The notes beneath the pieces are model-generated. The model saw nothing but the letters and a program-made list of their open reading frames with translations, was not told the origin of the DNA and did not search any database. From NCBI GenBank assembly GCA_963801355.1, contig CAWDEM010000008.1:1536001-1600000 (forward strand): 64,000 nucleotides of DNA, in the 5' to 3' direction. Of the stretch, positions 18,258 through 27,921 are shown piece by piece (position 1 is the stretch's first letter; each line of letters opens with the position of its first letter). Source of the DNA: Ignavibacteriota bacterium. Its GTDB lineage: Bacteria > Bacteroidota > Ignavibacteria > UBA10030 > UBA6906. The position numbers were made by a program, and so were the translations under genes.

Positions 18258-20435
18258 ATGGCACCTATTTCATCCCTCACCAATCGGCTCCAGAAATCGC
18301 GCCCGGCAATGATGGTCGCCGTGGTGGCTTTTGGATGCATCGCCGGAATCGGGCTCTCCAGCCTGACGCTTTTTGAGACCCTTGAGCTCAAGACACTGGA
18401 TTTGCGCTTCCGCTATGAATCCCACCCGGAATGGGCCGATACCAACGTTGTCATCGTGGCTGTCGACCAGAACAGCCTGGATTTCTTTGCGTCAACAAGG
18501 GGTCAGAAGTGGCCGTGGCCCAGGGAGTACTACGGCCTCCTGCTGGAATTCCTGCAGGGTGCGCAACCGAGAGTAGTGGCATTTGATTACGATTTTTCGC
18601 AAAAGGACGAGGACCGCCTCGAGGTGGACGGCAGCGAGTCGGATGCGGTGTTTGCCGATGCCATGGGCTCCAGCAAGAAGGTTGTGCTCGGCTTCAGTCT
18701 CGCAAGAGGCGACCAGGGAGACCAGCCGGGCGGCTCGTTGATCCCCCGGCATCTGCTGCCACGCGGAAGAGACTCCTCCGGACCGGGACCGTATGATCGG
18801 GTCGTCGCCCCGCTCCCTCTCTTCCAGGAGAACGCAGCCCTCCTTGGAGCCACAAATTTCGGCACCGACGAAGACGGCATTGCACGACGAAGCCAGCTGA
18901 CATATGATTTCGACACCAGCAGGGTTCCGCAGTTCGCATTTGCGGCGAATCTCGAAGCCACGTTGACCCCCACGGGGGCTGTCGACTCTGTTCTCGCTTC
19001 CATACCGCTTGACCAACACGGGGAATTTCTTGTGTACTGGTATGGGAAGGGCGGACCTGCCGGTGTCTTCCGTTACTACTCCGCGCACGCGCTGATCGTC
19101 TCGGGAGTCAAGCTGCGGGGAGGTTTTGCACCGGATATCTCTCCGGATCTCTTCCGCGGCAAATGTGTTCTCATCGGTGGTTCGGCAGCAGGCCTCTGGG
19201 ACTTCAAGCCCACGCCGTTCACGTTTCTCGAAATCTACCCCGGCGTGGAAATCCAGGCCACACTGCTGAGCAACCTGCTGAACCGGCATTTCATCACCCG
19301 CACGCCTCCATGGGGCGGCTACGCCCTCGCAGTGTTGCTCGCTATCCTTGCCGCGCTGGCATTCTACCGCATCCGCCGGGTCTGGCTTGCTTCTCTGGTG
19401 ATTCTCGTGCTGATTGGGGTGTATATCGTTGCCGCATTCTCCATGTTCCGGTGGGAGTTGCTCTGGCTGCCCCTCGTCACACCGCTCGCCGCAGTGGCGA
19501 CAACGTATGCCCTGGCTGCGGTGACCAGCTATGCCGTGGAGGGGCAGCAGCGCAGGATGCTGCGGCGCGCCTTCAACAGGTACTTCAGTCCGCATGTCGT
19601 GGCGGACATCCTCGAGAACTCCGCCCAGGTCGAACTCGGAGGGAAAACCATCGAGGCGACCGCGTTCTTTTCGGACATCAAGGATTTCACATCGTTTGCC
19701 GAACGCACCTCGCCGAAGGATCTCGTCCATTTTCTCAACGAGTATTTTTCGGTGGCAAGCGACGTCATCTTGCGCAACGAAGCGATGCTGGATAAATATA
19801 TCGGCGATGCCATCATGGCAATTTTCGGTGCGCCGATACCGCGCGCGGATAACGCCCGCGTCGCCTGTCTGACCGCGCTCGAAGTGCAGGAGGTCCTCGC
19901 CCGGTATCATACCCGGCCGGACCGTAGTCCCGATATGCCGGTGTTCATCACCCGCATCGGTCTGCACACGGGCAACATGGTTATCGGGAACATCGGCGGG
20001 AGCGCCCGTCTGGACTACACCGCGATCGGCGACACGGTGAATGTGGCATCGCGGCTGGAGGGCGTGAACAAGGTCTTCGGCACGAACATCATCGTGAGCG
20101 AAACCACGTATGAACAGGCCGGAGATGCCATCGCAGCGCGGCCGCTGGATTTCCTCAAAGTGAAGGGGAAAGCGATCCCCATCCGCATCTTCGAACTGAT
20201 CGGTCGCGCGGGCACACTCTCCATACTGCAGGCGAATATCATCGGAGCGTTCACGGAAGGACTCCAGCTGTACCGGCAACGGGAATTTCAAAAGGCCATC
20301 GGGGTGTTCACCAAGATCCACGAGATCGATCCCAACCCCATCCCGTCAGCGATATATCTGAAGCGTTGCGCCGAACTTTCACAACAATCTCTGCCCGATG
20401 ACTGGGACGGAGTCTACACCATGACATCGAAATAA
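18258..20435 (+). CDS. CHASE2-domain class III adenylate cyclase
   Basis: ELKTLDLRF, WPWPREYY, DEDGIARR and YPGVEIQAT (CHASE2); 3 TM helices; FSDIKDFT, DKYIGDAIMA and DYTAIGDTVNVASRLE; tail PDDWDGVYTMTSK. Confidence 0.93.
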   Translation: MAPISSLTNRLQKSRPAMMVAVVAFGCIAGIGLSSLTLFETLELKTLDLRFRYESHPEWADTNVVIVAVDQNSLDFFASTRGQKWPWPREYYGLLLEFLQGAQPRVVAFDYDFSQKDEDRLEVDGSESDAVFADAMGSSKKVVLGFSLARGDQGDQPGGSLIPRHLLPRGRDSSGPGPYDRVVAPLPLFQENAALLGATNFGTDEDGIARRSQLTYDFDTSRVPQFAFAANLEATLTPTGAVDSVLASIPLDQHGEFLVYWYGKGGPAGVFRYYSAHALIVSGVKLRGGFAPDISPDLFRGKCVLIGGSAAGLWDFKPTPFTFLEIYPGVEIQATLLSNLLNRHFITRTPPWGGYALAVLLAILAALAFYRIRRVWLASLVILVLIGVYIVAAFSMFRWELLWLPLVTPLAAVATTYALAAVTSYAVEGQQRRMLRRAFNRYFSPHVVADILENSAQVELGGKTIEATAFFSDIKDFTSFAERTSPKDLVHFLNEYFSVASDVILRNEAMLDKYIGDAIMAIFGAPIPRADNARVACLTALEVQEVLARYHTRPDRSPDMPVFITRIGLHTGNMVIGNIGGSARLDYTAIGDTVNVASRLEGVNKVFGTNIIVSETTYEQAGDAIAARPLDFLKVKGKAIPIRIFELIGRAGTLSILQANIIGAFTEGLQLYRQREFQKAIGVFTKIHEIDPNPIPSAIYLKRCAELSQQSLPDDWDGVYTMTSK

Positions 20436-20450
20436 CCAGGAGGGCTGATC

Positions 20451-21689
20451 ATGAAACGCATACCATGTGTCGGTGCGCTGCTCCTGTTTCTGGCGCTTGC
20501 GACCTGCGCGGAAACGGTCTATACGAAACGGGACAACAACTACATTCGCGAAGGCCCGGGAGCCTACTACGAACTGGTGGCGGTCGTGCAACAAAACACC
20601 GCGGTCAACGTCGTCACGCACGACGGTTCCTGGCTCAAGGTGAAACTGACAGACAAAAAGACGGGGTGGATGTCGTCCAATAGTCTGACCGACGCCAAAC
20701 CCGCCGGCGCACGGGTGATGAAACTGGAAAACGTCTGGAGCTCGCCGAAAGCATCGCGCGCCGGCGTCTCCGCCGCCATCCGCGGGTTTGCCGAGAAACG
20801 CGCCAAGACTCCCCCCGGATCGGTGGAAAAGGTCCTGAAGAATTCCGGAAAGACATTCCGCGAAGCCGATCTCGACGCATTCCGCAAGGATGTGGAGGCG
20901 TACAAAGCCGGGTTGGCGGGATCACTCAAAATGGAAGACCTGTCCCTCGCACCCATCGAGTATGACGCCGGCATTGAGGAACAGCAAGTCGGCCTGGGAA
21001 TCGCCGCACGGCTGATCGAAAAGGGGTTCATCACCGATCGTACCGCGGTCGAGTACGTCAACATGATTTGCGCGACACTGGCCGCCAACTCGTCTGTGTA
21101 TGACTGGGATTTCACGGTCTTCATACTGGATGATTCGACAGTCAACGGCTTTGCGCTCCCCGGGGGGTACGTGTTCATTACCAAAGGCGCCGTGCAGTTG
21201 TGCGACGATGAATCGGAACTTGCCGCGATCATTGCCCACGAGATGGCGCACGTCGTCCGGAAACACGGCGCACAGGAGATGAGCAAACGGAAGGTGCACA
21301 TCAAGGCGGACGATGCATTCAACGAGCTTGAAGAAGAGACCGGAGAAAAAACTCAGGATGAAGCCGAACTCGATGATCTGATGCAGCAGACGTACGAACG
21401 GCTCGTCTCACCGAGGCTGCTCGAGTATGAACTCGAAGCCGACCGCGTCGCCGCAGTGCTCCTCGCACAGGCGGGCTATGAGCCGCGCGGACTCGTGCGT
21501 ATCGGGCTGAAGGTGGCCCGTCTGCCGAAAGAGAAGCCGGGCATGTTTGACCCGAATTACATGGCGCCCGATCTGGTGGGCGAGCGTGCCAGGGCGACCG
21601 AAAAATTCGTAGTTGAACACTTCCGTGACTCTGCACACGGCGCCACGCTGCGTGATCGTTGCCTGGCGCGGACGGTGCATCTACGCTAA
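20451..21689 (+). CDS. Secreted SH3-domain + M48 metallopeptidase
   Basis: Signal peptide; IREGPG...WLKV...GWM (SH3b); NGFALPGGYVFITKG, HEMAH and ELEADR. Confidence 0.85.
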   Translation: MKRIPCVGALLLFLALATCAETVYTKRDNNYIREGPGAYYELVAVVQQNTAVNVVTHDGSWLKVKLTDKKTGWMSSNSLTDAKPAGARVMKLENVWSSPKASRAGVSAAIRGFAEKRAKTPPGSVEKVLKNSGKTFREADLDAFRKDVEAYKAGLAGSLKMEDLSLAPIEYDAGIEEQQVGLGIAARLIEKGFITDRTAVEYVNMICATLAANSSVYDWDFTVFILDDSTVNGFALPGGYVFITKGAVQLCDDESELAAIIAHEMAHVVRKHGAQEMSKRKVHIKADDAFNELEEETGEKTQDEAELDDLMQQTYERLVSPRLLEYELEADRVAAVLLAQAGYEPRGLVRIGLKVARLPKEKPGMFDPNYMAPDLVGERARATEKFVVEHFRDSAHGATLRDRCLARTVHLR

Positions 21690-21717
21690 AGACACGGAAC
21701 ACCATAACGCCGGACAC

Positions 21718-22653
21718 ATGATCGCCATCTCCACATCTCATCTCTCGAAAACGTACACCGCGGGATTCCGCGGCAAACGGCATGTCCACGCACTTCAGGA
21801 TTTTTCGCTCGATGTGGAGAGCGGACAGATCTTCAGCCTCCTCGGGCCGAACGGTGCAGGCAAGACAACGTTCATCAAGATCCTCCTCTCCCTCACCCGG
21901 AAAACAGGCGGCAGCGCACGGCTCATGAATCTTCCGGTGTCCGATCACAGGGCCCGCCTGCACGTCGGTTACCTTCCCGAGAATCACCGGTACCCTGGTT
22001 ACCTCACGGGCGAACAGGTGTTGCGCTCGTTCGGCACATTGAGCGGGATTTCCGGCGCTGCCGTCCGCTCGCGGACCACTTCCATGCTCGAGCTCGTCGG
22101 GATGAAGGAGTGGCGGAACACCAAGGTGAAGAAGTATTCCAAAGGGATGATGCAGCGGCTCGGCCTAGCCCAGGCGATGATCAACGAACCCGATCTGCTC
22201 TTCCTGGATGAACCCACGGACGGCGTGGATCCCGTGGGCCGTGCGGAAATCCGTGATCTTCTCAGGAACCTGCGCACCAGGGGCACGACCATTTTCCTGA
22301 ATTCCCACCTGTTGTCAGAGGTGGAGTTGATTTCGGACCGCGTCGCGATCCTCGACAAGGGCCGCCTGCTGAAGGTCGGCACTGTGGACGAACTCACCTC
22401 GACCGGTGAACGCTACCACATCGGCTTCGACGGCGCGCTTCCCGAGGCATTCCGGACCGAAGCAGCGGCCAAGGTGCTGACGTTCGGCGAAGCGAAGAAC
22501 GGCCTCACCATCGATGTCGAAAGCATCGCGGAACTGAACGCGATGATCGACATGCTCCGGCGTCACCAGGTGCCGATCATCGCTGTGGCAAAAGAACGCA
22601 GCACGCTCGAAGAGTCATTCTTGAACCTTATCAAACGCGAGGTGCCGGCATGA
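21718..22653 (+). CDS. ABC transporter ATP-binding protein
   Basis: GPNGAGKTT, YSKGM, FLDEPT and SH. Confidence 0.93.
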   Translation: MIAISTSHLSKTYTAGFRGKRHVHALQDFSLDVESGQIFSLLGPNGAGKTTFIKILLSLTRKTGGSARLMNLPVSDHRARLHVGYLPENHRYPGYLTGEQVLRSFGTLSGISGAAVRSRTTSMLELVGMKEWRNTKVKKYSKGMMQRLGLAQAMINEPDLLFLDEPTDGVDPVGRAEIRDLLRNLRTRGTTIFLNSHLLSEVELISDRVAILDKGRLLKVGTVDELTSTGERYHIGFDGALPEAFRTEAAAKVLTFGEAKNGLTIDVESIAELNAMIDMLRRHQVPIIAVAKERSTLEESFLNLIKREVPA

Positions 22654-23480
22654 AACTCCTCGCGTTGATTCGACTCACGCTGCGCGAGCTGTCGGCAAAA
22701 GCGACCTTTATCATCCTGGCGGCAATCTCCACCATCGTCCTGCTGGGGCTCGCCGCCGCCGTGGGAACCACCTCCACACCCGACGGAACGGTGCTGCAGG
22801 TGTTCGGCCAGCAGGCGTCTCCGCCGATGCCGGATGACCAGATCACCGAGGCCATCCGCGGGATGCAAGCCGGCCTTGCAGGCGGACTCTTCACCGGGAT
22901 CATTCTCTTCGGCATTTTTGCCACGGCCGGCGTCATCCCCGATGCACTTGAGAAAGGCACGGTCGACCTGTACCTCTCAAAGCCCATCGCGCGTTGGGAG
23001 CTCCTCCTCGGCAAATACCTTGGAGCGGTGGTCGCGATCTTTGTGAATGTCCTCTACTTCATGGCCGGCGCGTGGATCATTTTCGGCATCAAATGCGGTG
23101 TGTGGGATACACGCATCCTCCTGTCAACCTTCACGATTACATACATGTTCGCCTGCCTGTACGCCGTCCTCACGTTCATTGCCGTTCTGACGCGCAACAC
23201 GCCAGTCTCCATTATTCTCGTGTACCTCTATCTGTTCGTCATCGGACCGGTCCTGCAGAACCGCGAAACTGTTCTGTATCTCATCTCCGACAACACCATC
23301 TACCGGAGCTTCATTGACGGAGTGTCCTATCTCTTTCCCCAGCTCGACGCCATGCGCACGAATGGGGCGAAACAACTGCTCGCGCAGGAAATGGACTGGA
23401 AGCCGTTCGTGCAGTCGTTGCTGTCCGCTTCCGCCTTCTTTCTGGGAGGTGCCGTATTGCTGAAACAGCGTGACTTCTGA
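22650..23480 (+). CDS. ABC-2 type transporter permease
   Basis: EKGTVDLYLSKPIARWELLLGKY, multiple TM helices, ends RDF. Confidence 0.85.
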   Translation: MKLLALIRLTLRELSAKATFIILAAISTIVLLGLAAAVGTTSTPDGTVLQVFGQQASPPMPDDQITEAIRGMQAGLAGGLFTGIILFGIFATAGVIPDALEKGTVDLYLSKPIARWELLLGKYLGAVVAIFVNVLYFMAGAWIIFGIKCGVWDTRILLSTFTITYMFACLYAVLTFIAVLTRNTPVSIILVYLYLFVIGPVLQNRETVLYLISDNTIYRSFIDGVSYLFPQLDAMRTNGAKQLLAQEMDWKPFVQSLLSASAFFLGGAVLLKQRDF

Positions 23481-23489
23481 TCCACACAC

Positions 23490-23614
23490 GGTGAGGGGGA
23501 GACTCATCATGCCGGCGGCCAGGGTGACGGGGAGACTCATCATACCGGTGCCCGGGGTGACGGGGAGACTCATCATGCTGGTGCCCGGGGTGACAGGGAG
23601 ACTCATCATGCTGG
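23490..23614 (+). repeat. Tandem repeat, 3.8 x 33 bp
   Basis: Units GGTGACGGGGAGACTCATCATGCYGGTGCCCGG-like start at 23490, 23523, 23556 and 23589. Confidence 0.9.
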
Positions 23615-24087
23615 CAATGTCGGCCATACTCCTGGGGGGATGTGCATTGCACTTCGTCTGGGATCCGGCCCCAGCCGATAGTCAATTGTGGATGGTGGAT
23701 CGACGGTCCACAATTGGTGCGGGTGTCACCCCGGCCGACTCAGCGGCAGACGGAGACGGTTTCCGGGAAGCCGTCAGACGCCTATCAACCCCCGAGCTGG
23801 AAAAACGGAAACAGAACCGCCGGGAGTATCAGCAGCGCCATTATGCGGAAGTGCTCTACGAGCTCGCACAGATGGACGCGCCGGGGGCATTACTGGCTTC
23901 ACTGCGCTCACAAGCCCAGCTCGAATTGCAGCTTCCCAACAATACGCTCTACGTGACGATCCCTATTGTCCAGCCTCCCCCATCAAAGACCACTTTGCCG
24001 GGCTTCTCCGCACTTCCAAGTGCTCACATGCAGATTCCTCTTCTGGAGGATCGTCGATTTCCGGCCGATCCCTGGAGTCTGAAGTGA
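23491..24087 (+). CDS. Hypothetical lipoprotein (start ambiguous within the repeat)
   Basis: Fills the operon gap; (V)TGRLIMLAMSAILLGGC lipobox-like signal; GTGA overlap with the next gene. Confidence 0.55.
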   Translation: MRGRLIMPAARVTGRLIIPVPGVTGRLIMLVPGVTGRLIMLAMSAILLGGCALHFVWDPAPADSQLWMVDRRSTIGAGVTPADSAADGDGFREAVRRLSTPELEKRKQNRREYQQRHYAEVLYELAQMDAPGALLASLRSQAQLELQLPNNTLYVTIPIVQPPPSKTTLPGFSALPSAHMQIPLLEDRRFPADPWSLK

Positions 24088-24791
24088 AGCCCTCCTGGCG
24101 GGAGCTTTCCTACGTTGTCCGCGTACGGGAGGCCGTTCCCCAAACACGCAGCACAGTCATCGCCGCGGCCATGGGGATTGCCAACATATTTCTCTGTGCT
24201 TTTTTCGAGCGGTATGTCGCCGGCCCCGGGTGGCGCGAAGCCCTTGTGACGCTCCTGGCACTCGAGAGCGGCCTGCTGATGATCGTTGCCATGGGAATTC
24301 ACCTGCAAACAATCGACCCCGTGCTCAAGCGCACGCGGGTCCACCCGGTGCACCCGGGCGCCAGGTTTGCATTTGTGGTGCTGACGCTGCTGCGCCACCG
24401 GTACGTTCTCGTGCTCTGGGGGAGCGCCCTCTTTTCACTGACCCTCATGGTCCACCCCACCCCCGGCTCTCTGCCATTTGTCGTTCTCGCCTTTCTTGTA
24501 CCGGGAATCGCGCTGGTGATCATCTCCGCAACGTTGTTCGTGCTGTTTGAACGGTGGACCGCGTCGGGCGCCGTCGCGCTGGCAGCACTGGGAGTTGTTG
24601 CATGTGTGACGTCAATGGTAACGATCATGTTCCCGGGATCGCATCTGCTCGAGCTGCTCATGCCGCTGCGCTGGTGCTCTCTCTCGTGCAGCGCGGCGCT
24701 GTCAGGAGATTTTTTCCTCAGCGCCGCACAGCTTCTGCCCTTTGCCGCCCTGGCCGCCATTGCATGGGTCGGAGGAGCACACTATGCCTGA
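24084..24791 (+). CDS. Hypothetical multi-pass membrane protein (probable ABC permease)
   Basis: About 6 hydrophobic segments; GTG start overlapping the upstream stop. Confidence 0.55.
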   Translation: MKPSWRELSYVVRVREAVPQTRSTVIAAAMGIANIFLCAFFERYVAGPGWREALVTLLALESGLLMIVAMGIHLQTIDPVLKRTRVHPVHPGARFAFVVLTLLRHRYVLVLWGSALFSLTLMVHPTPGSLPFVVLAFLVPGIALVIISATLFVLFERWTASGAVALAALGVVACVTSMVTIMFPGSHLLELLMPLRWCSLSCSAALSGDFFLSAAQLLPFAALAAIAWVGGAHYA

Positions 24792-25452
24792 GCTGCTGCT
24801 CTTCCCAGTGGAACTGCGACGTTTCTTCGAGGAGCCGCGGAATAGCGTGATTCTCCCCGCAGCGATCCTCGTGCCCTTCTTCTCACTCTGGCCCTACTTC
24901 CCGTCGCCGTTCGTTCCCGCGCTCACCGCGACGTTTGCGTGCATGGAGCCGTACTTCCTGAACATGTGGTACCTCTGGCCAGGCCAATTGGAAAGTCTCG
25001 CGCTCCGGCCTCTGAACTGGAGACGCGTCGTCGCCGCCAAGAACCTGACGGCACTCTGTCTCACCCTGACAACCTTCTCCTGCTTCGCCGTCATCACGTG
25101 CTATTTTCACAACGGGAGGGTCCCCCCCGGCACGATCGGGCCGGCGTTCCTCCATTGCATCCTGGGAGGATTCGCCCTCGCCATGTTCGGCAACAACTAC
25201 TCCGTTGTGAGTCCCCGGGCACGGATTGGATGGACACTTGATGATCTTGCGGCTTCCGTGCTGGCGCTCATCGTCGCCGGTGCCGCCATGGTCCCCGTCA
25301 TCGTCCTCACCTATCTCATCGGGCCGTGGCCTGCAAACGGGGCTCTGATCATGCTGGCCCTCATTCTCTGGGCCGGATGGTCCCTCCCCGCATCCGCAAC
25401 ACGCATTGCACACAGTATACCGGAACTATGGGCGAACGCGACGTACTCGTAG
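24784..25452 (+). CDS. Hypothetical multi-pass membrane protein (probable ABC permease)
   Basis: PLNWRRVVAAKNL permease-like motif and hydrophobic segments. Confidence 0.6.
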   Translation: MPELLLFPVELRRFFEEPRNSVILPAAILVPFFSLWPYFPSPFVPALTATFACMEPYFLNMWYLWPGQLESLALRPLNWRRVVAAKNLTALCLTLTTFSCFAVITCYFHNGRVPPGTIGPAFLHCILGGFALAMFGNNYSVVSPRARIGWTLDDLAASVLALIVAGAAMVPVIVLTYLIGPWPANGALIMLALILWAGWSLPASATRIAHSIPELWANATYS

Positions 25453-26216
25453 AGATCACAGGACTTTCCAAGACCTTCGAGCAGGGCATACCGGTCCTGG
25501 AAAACCTCGGCCTCACCGTGGAAGCGGGGGCGATCTACGGATTTCTGGGATTGAACGGCGCGGGAAAGACCACGACCATCCGCATCATTGCCGGACTCTT
25601 GCGCCCCGACGCGGGGCAGATACGGCTGCTGGGCTCGCCGTGGTCCGGCACCAATCCAGAGATCAAATCACGCCTGGGTTTTGTGCTCGATGAGCCCCTG
25701 TACTTCGACTGGCTTTCGGCACGCGAGTACCTCGAGTGGAACGGGCGCATGTACGGCCTGTCGCGTGAAGTGAGCCACGAGCGGGCCGCTGAGTTGCTCG
25801 AGTTCCTGGACCTCCCCGGAACCGACACGCAGCAGATCGACACTTTCTCCACGGGAATGAAAAAGAAAATTTCGCTCGCTGCCGCGATCATCCACAAACC
25901 GTCATTGGTGATTCTGGATGAACCGTTTGAGGGGATCGACCCGCTTGCAGCGCGGGACATCCGGGACACGCTCACCTTGATGGCTTCCAGGGGATCGACG
26001 ATCCTTGTCACTTCGCATATCCTCGAAACCATCGAGCGGCTCTGCTCGCATATCGGCATTCTGCACAAAGGGAAAATGCTTCTGGAGTGCCGCATGGACG
26101 AGTACCGCAGCCGCGCCGAGCACATGCTGCGCCATACGGAGACCCGCTCGCTGGCAGATTTGTTTGTCGGGCTCGTAGGCGACACGAAGAGGAAGAACCC
26201 ACCATCCTATGTCTGA
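25428..26216 (+). CDS. ABC transporter ATP-binding protein
   Basis: GLNGAGKTT, FSTGMKKK, ILDEPFEGIDP and TSH. Confidence 0.92.
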   Translation: MGERDVLVEITGLSKTFEQGIPVLENLGLTVEAGAIYGFLGLNGAGKTTTIRIIAGLLRPDAGQIRLLGSPWSGTNPEIKSRLGFVLDEPLYFDWLSAREYLEWNGRMYGLSREVSHERAAELLEFLDLPGTDTQQIDTFSTGMKKKISLAAAIIHKPSLVILDEPFEGIDPLAARDIRDTLTLMASRGSTILVTSHILETIERLCSHIGILHKGKMLLECRMDEYRSRAEHMLRHTETRSLADLFVGLVGDTKRKNPPSYV

Positions 26217-26904
26217 CTATTCCCTCCCGTTTCTCATGCTGGTCCGCCCCCGGCATGCGGCTGACCGATTGCCGTTTGTCGTTGCCTGGTGGCGTCCGTT
26301 CGCGGTTGTCGCGATCCTCACCATGGGCCTGAGTCTGCTGTCGCATGCGCTGGCGGTTTCCATCGCAGTGGCACATCTCCCCCCATCCGCAACCGCCGAT
26401 GACGCCGGGCAGGTCCGGCGATGGCTCGATGCCGGACTTGTTTCCCGAACTCTCCTGTTGCCTCTTCGCACGGCGGTGGAATGTGGCTTTTCGGCGCTCC
26501 TCCTATTGGCCTTTTCCCGCGCATTCACCGGACGCCCCGCCGGATCGTTCCGGGGTTTCTTCGTGCTTTCACTCGCTGCGTCGGTATTTCTCCTTCTCGG
26601 TCGCGCTGTGGCCGCGGGATGGTATTGGATCGCAAATGACGGCATACCTTCATCTCCGGGAATGGTTCTCTCGGCCGCACACCTGTTTCCTTCGGTGGGA
26701 GATTATGGCGTCATTCTTTTGCTAACATCAATAAATCTCTTTACATTATTGTACCTGGGGTCGGTGACGTTGGGGTTGGCTGTTCTCTGCAGGTGCAATG
26801 CGCGGAAAGCCTTTCTTGTGGCCGTCGCGGCGTGGACGGTATCCACTGCGTTTTCCATCACCGTGCTTTTTCTGCTCCGGAACGCATATCAGATCCGGTT
26901 CTAG
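26209..26904 (+). CDS. Yip1-like membrane protein
   Basis: About 5 TM segments, SINLFTL motif, operon position. Confidence 0.55.
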   Translation: MSDYSLPFLMLVRPRHAADRLPFVVAWWRPFAVVAILTMGLSLLSHALAVSIAVAHLPPSATADDAGQVRRWLDAGLVSRTLLLPLRTAVECGFSALLLLAFSRAFTGRPAGSFRGFFVLSLAASVFLLLGRAVAAGWYWIANDGIPSSPGMVLSAAHLFPSVGDYGVILLLTSINLFTLLYLGSVTLGLAVLCRCNARKAFLVAVAAWTVSTAFSITVLFLLRNAYQIRF

Positions 26905-26988
26905 CGCCTGCATCATGCCCTCCCCCGGGCAGAGACCGCCCCGCGGCATTTCCACTGACATTGACGTAGACCGCAAAAGGAATATTTC

Positions 26989-27921
26989 ATGGCAAAGAAA
27001 CTACAGTTTGAAGACCTCGAATCCCCTCTGATTCACCACCGTAAAACGGGGGACCAATTCCATACGGTTGGGGTGATCGGGTTGGGGGTGATGGGTCAGG
27101 GTATTGTGGAGACCATTGCCGGATCGGGCATTGAGGTGATCGGCGTCGAGAAGAACGATGTCACATTGAAGGCCGGGCTGGATGGGCTGAATCATGCGAT
27201 GGATCTGGAGATTAAGCGCTGGGGGAAGACGGCCTCCGAAAAGCGCGCGGTGCTCTCCCGTGTGCGGGGCACCACCGCGATCACGGATCTCAAAGATGTG
27301 GATATCGTGATTGAGGCGGTCGACGAGGATTTTGAGCTGAAGCGGGATCTGATCGATCAGTTCTACGCGATCGGCAAGTCCAAAGCGGTCTACATCTCCA
27401 ATACCGCTTCACTGAGTCTGACGAAGCTAGCAGAGCATGCGAAGCACCCCGACCAGATTATCGGCATGCACTTTCTGAACCCCGTGCCGGTTGTGCCGCT
27501 GGTGGAGATCGTGCGGGGGATGAAGACGTCGGATGCGACCTTTGCCCTCGTGAAGTCGCTTGCGCGGCGCATCGGCAAAACCCCCGTCGAAGTATTCGAA
27601 TATCCCGGTTTCATCACCACGCGCATCATTCTTACCTTCTTGAACGAAGCGATGCACGTGCTGATGGAAGGCATTGCCACCGCGGATCACATCGATACGG
27701 CCATGAAGCTGGGGTTCAACATGCAAACAGGCCCGCTGGAAATGGCGGATGCCATGGGTCTCGACGAGGTGCTGGCCTGGATGGATTCGCTCTGGCGTGA
27801 ACTCGGCGAGCCGCGCTACCGTCCGTGTCCTCTGCTGCGCCGCATGGTGCGGGAAGGGAAACTCGGGAAGAAAGTCGGCGAAGGGTTTTTCAAATACAAC
27901 GAAGACGGAAAACGAAAATGA
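26989..27921 (+). CDS. 3-hydroxybutyryl-CoA / 3-hydroxyacyl-CoA dehydrogenase
   Basis: GVIGLGVMGQG, EAVDE, SNTASL, GMHFLNP, PGF, GPLEMAD and GKLGKKVGEGF. Confidence 0.9.
   Translation: MAKKLQFEDLESPLIHHRKTGDQFHTVGVIGLGVMGQGIVETIAGSGIEVIGVEKNDVTLKAGLDGLNHAMDLEIKRWGKTASEKRAVLSRVRGTTAITDLKDVDIVIEAVDEDFELKRDLIDQFYAIGKSKAVYISNTASLSLTKLAEHAKHPDQIIGMHFLNPVPVVPLVEIVRGMKTSDATFALVKSLARRIGKTPVEVFEYPGFITTRIILTFLNEAMHVLMEGIATADHIDTAMKLGFNMQTGPLEMADAMGLDEVLAWMDSLWRELGEPRYRPCPLLRRMVREGKLGKKVGEGFFKYNEDGKRK

Noticed and set aside
18492-20321. 609-aa minus-strand ORF
   Set aside because: Antisense shadow of the adenylate cyclase.
23490-23614. Possible CRISPR array (33-bp unit)
   Set aside because: No spacers; units are in frame within an ORF.
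23688-24083. Long N-terminal extension of the 367-aa ORF
   Set aside because: It overlaps the lipoprotein ORF in another frame; the GTGA-coupled start at 24084 fits better.
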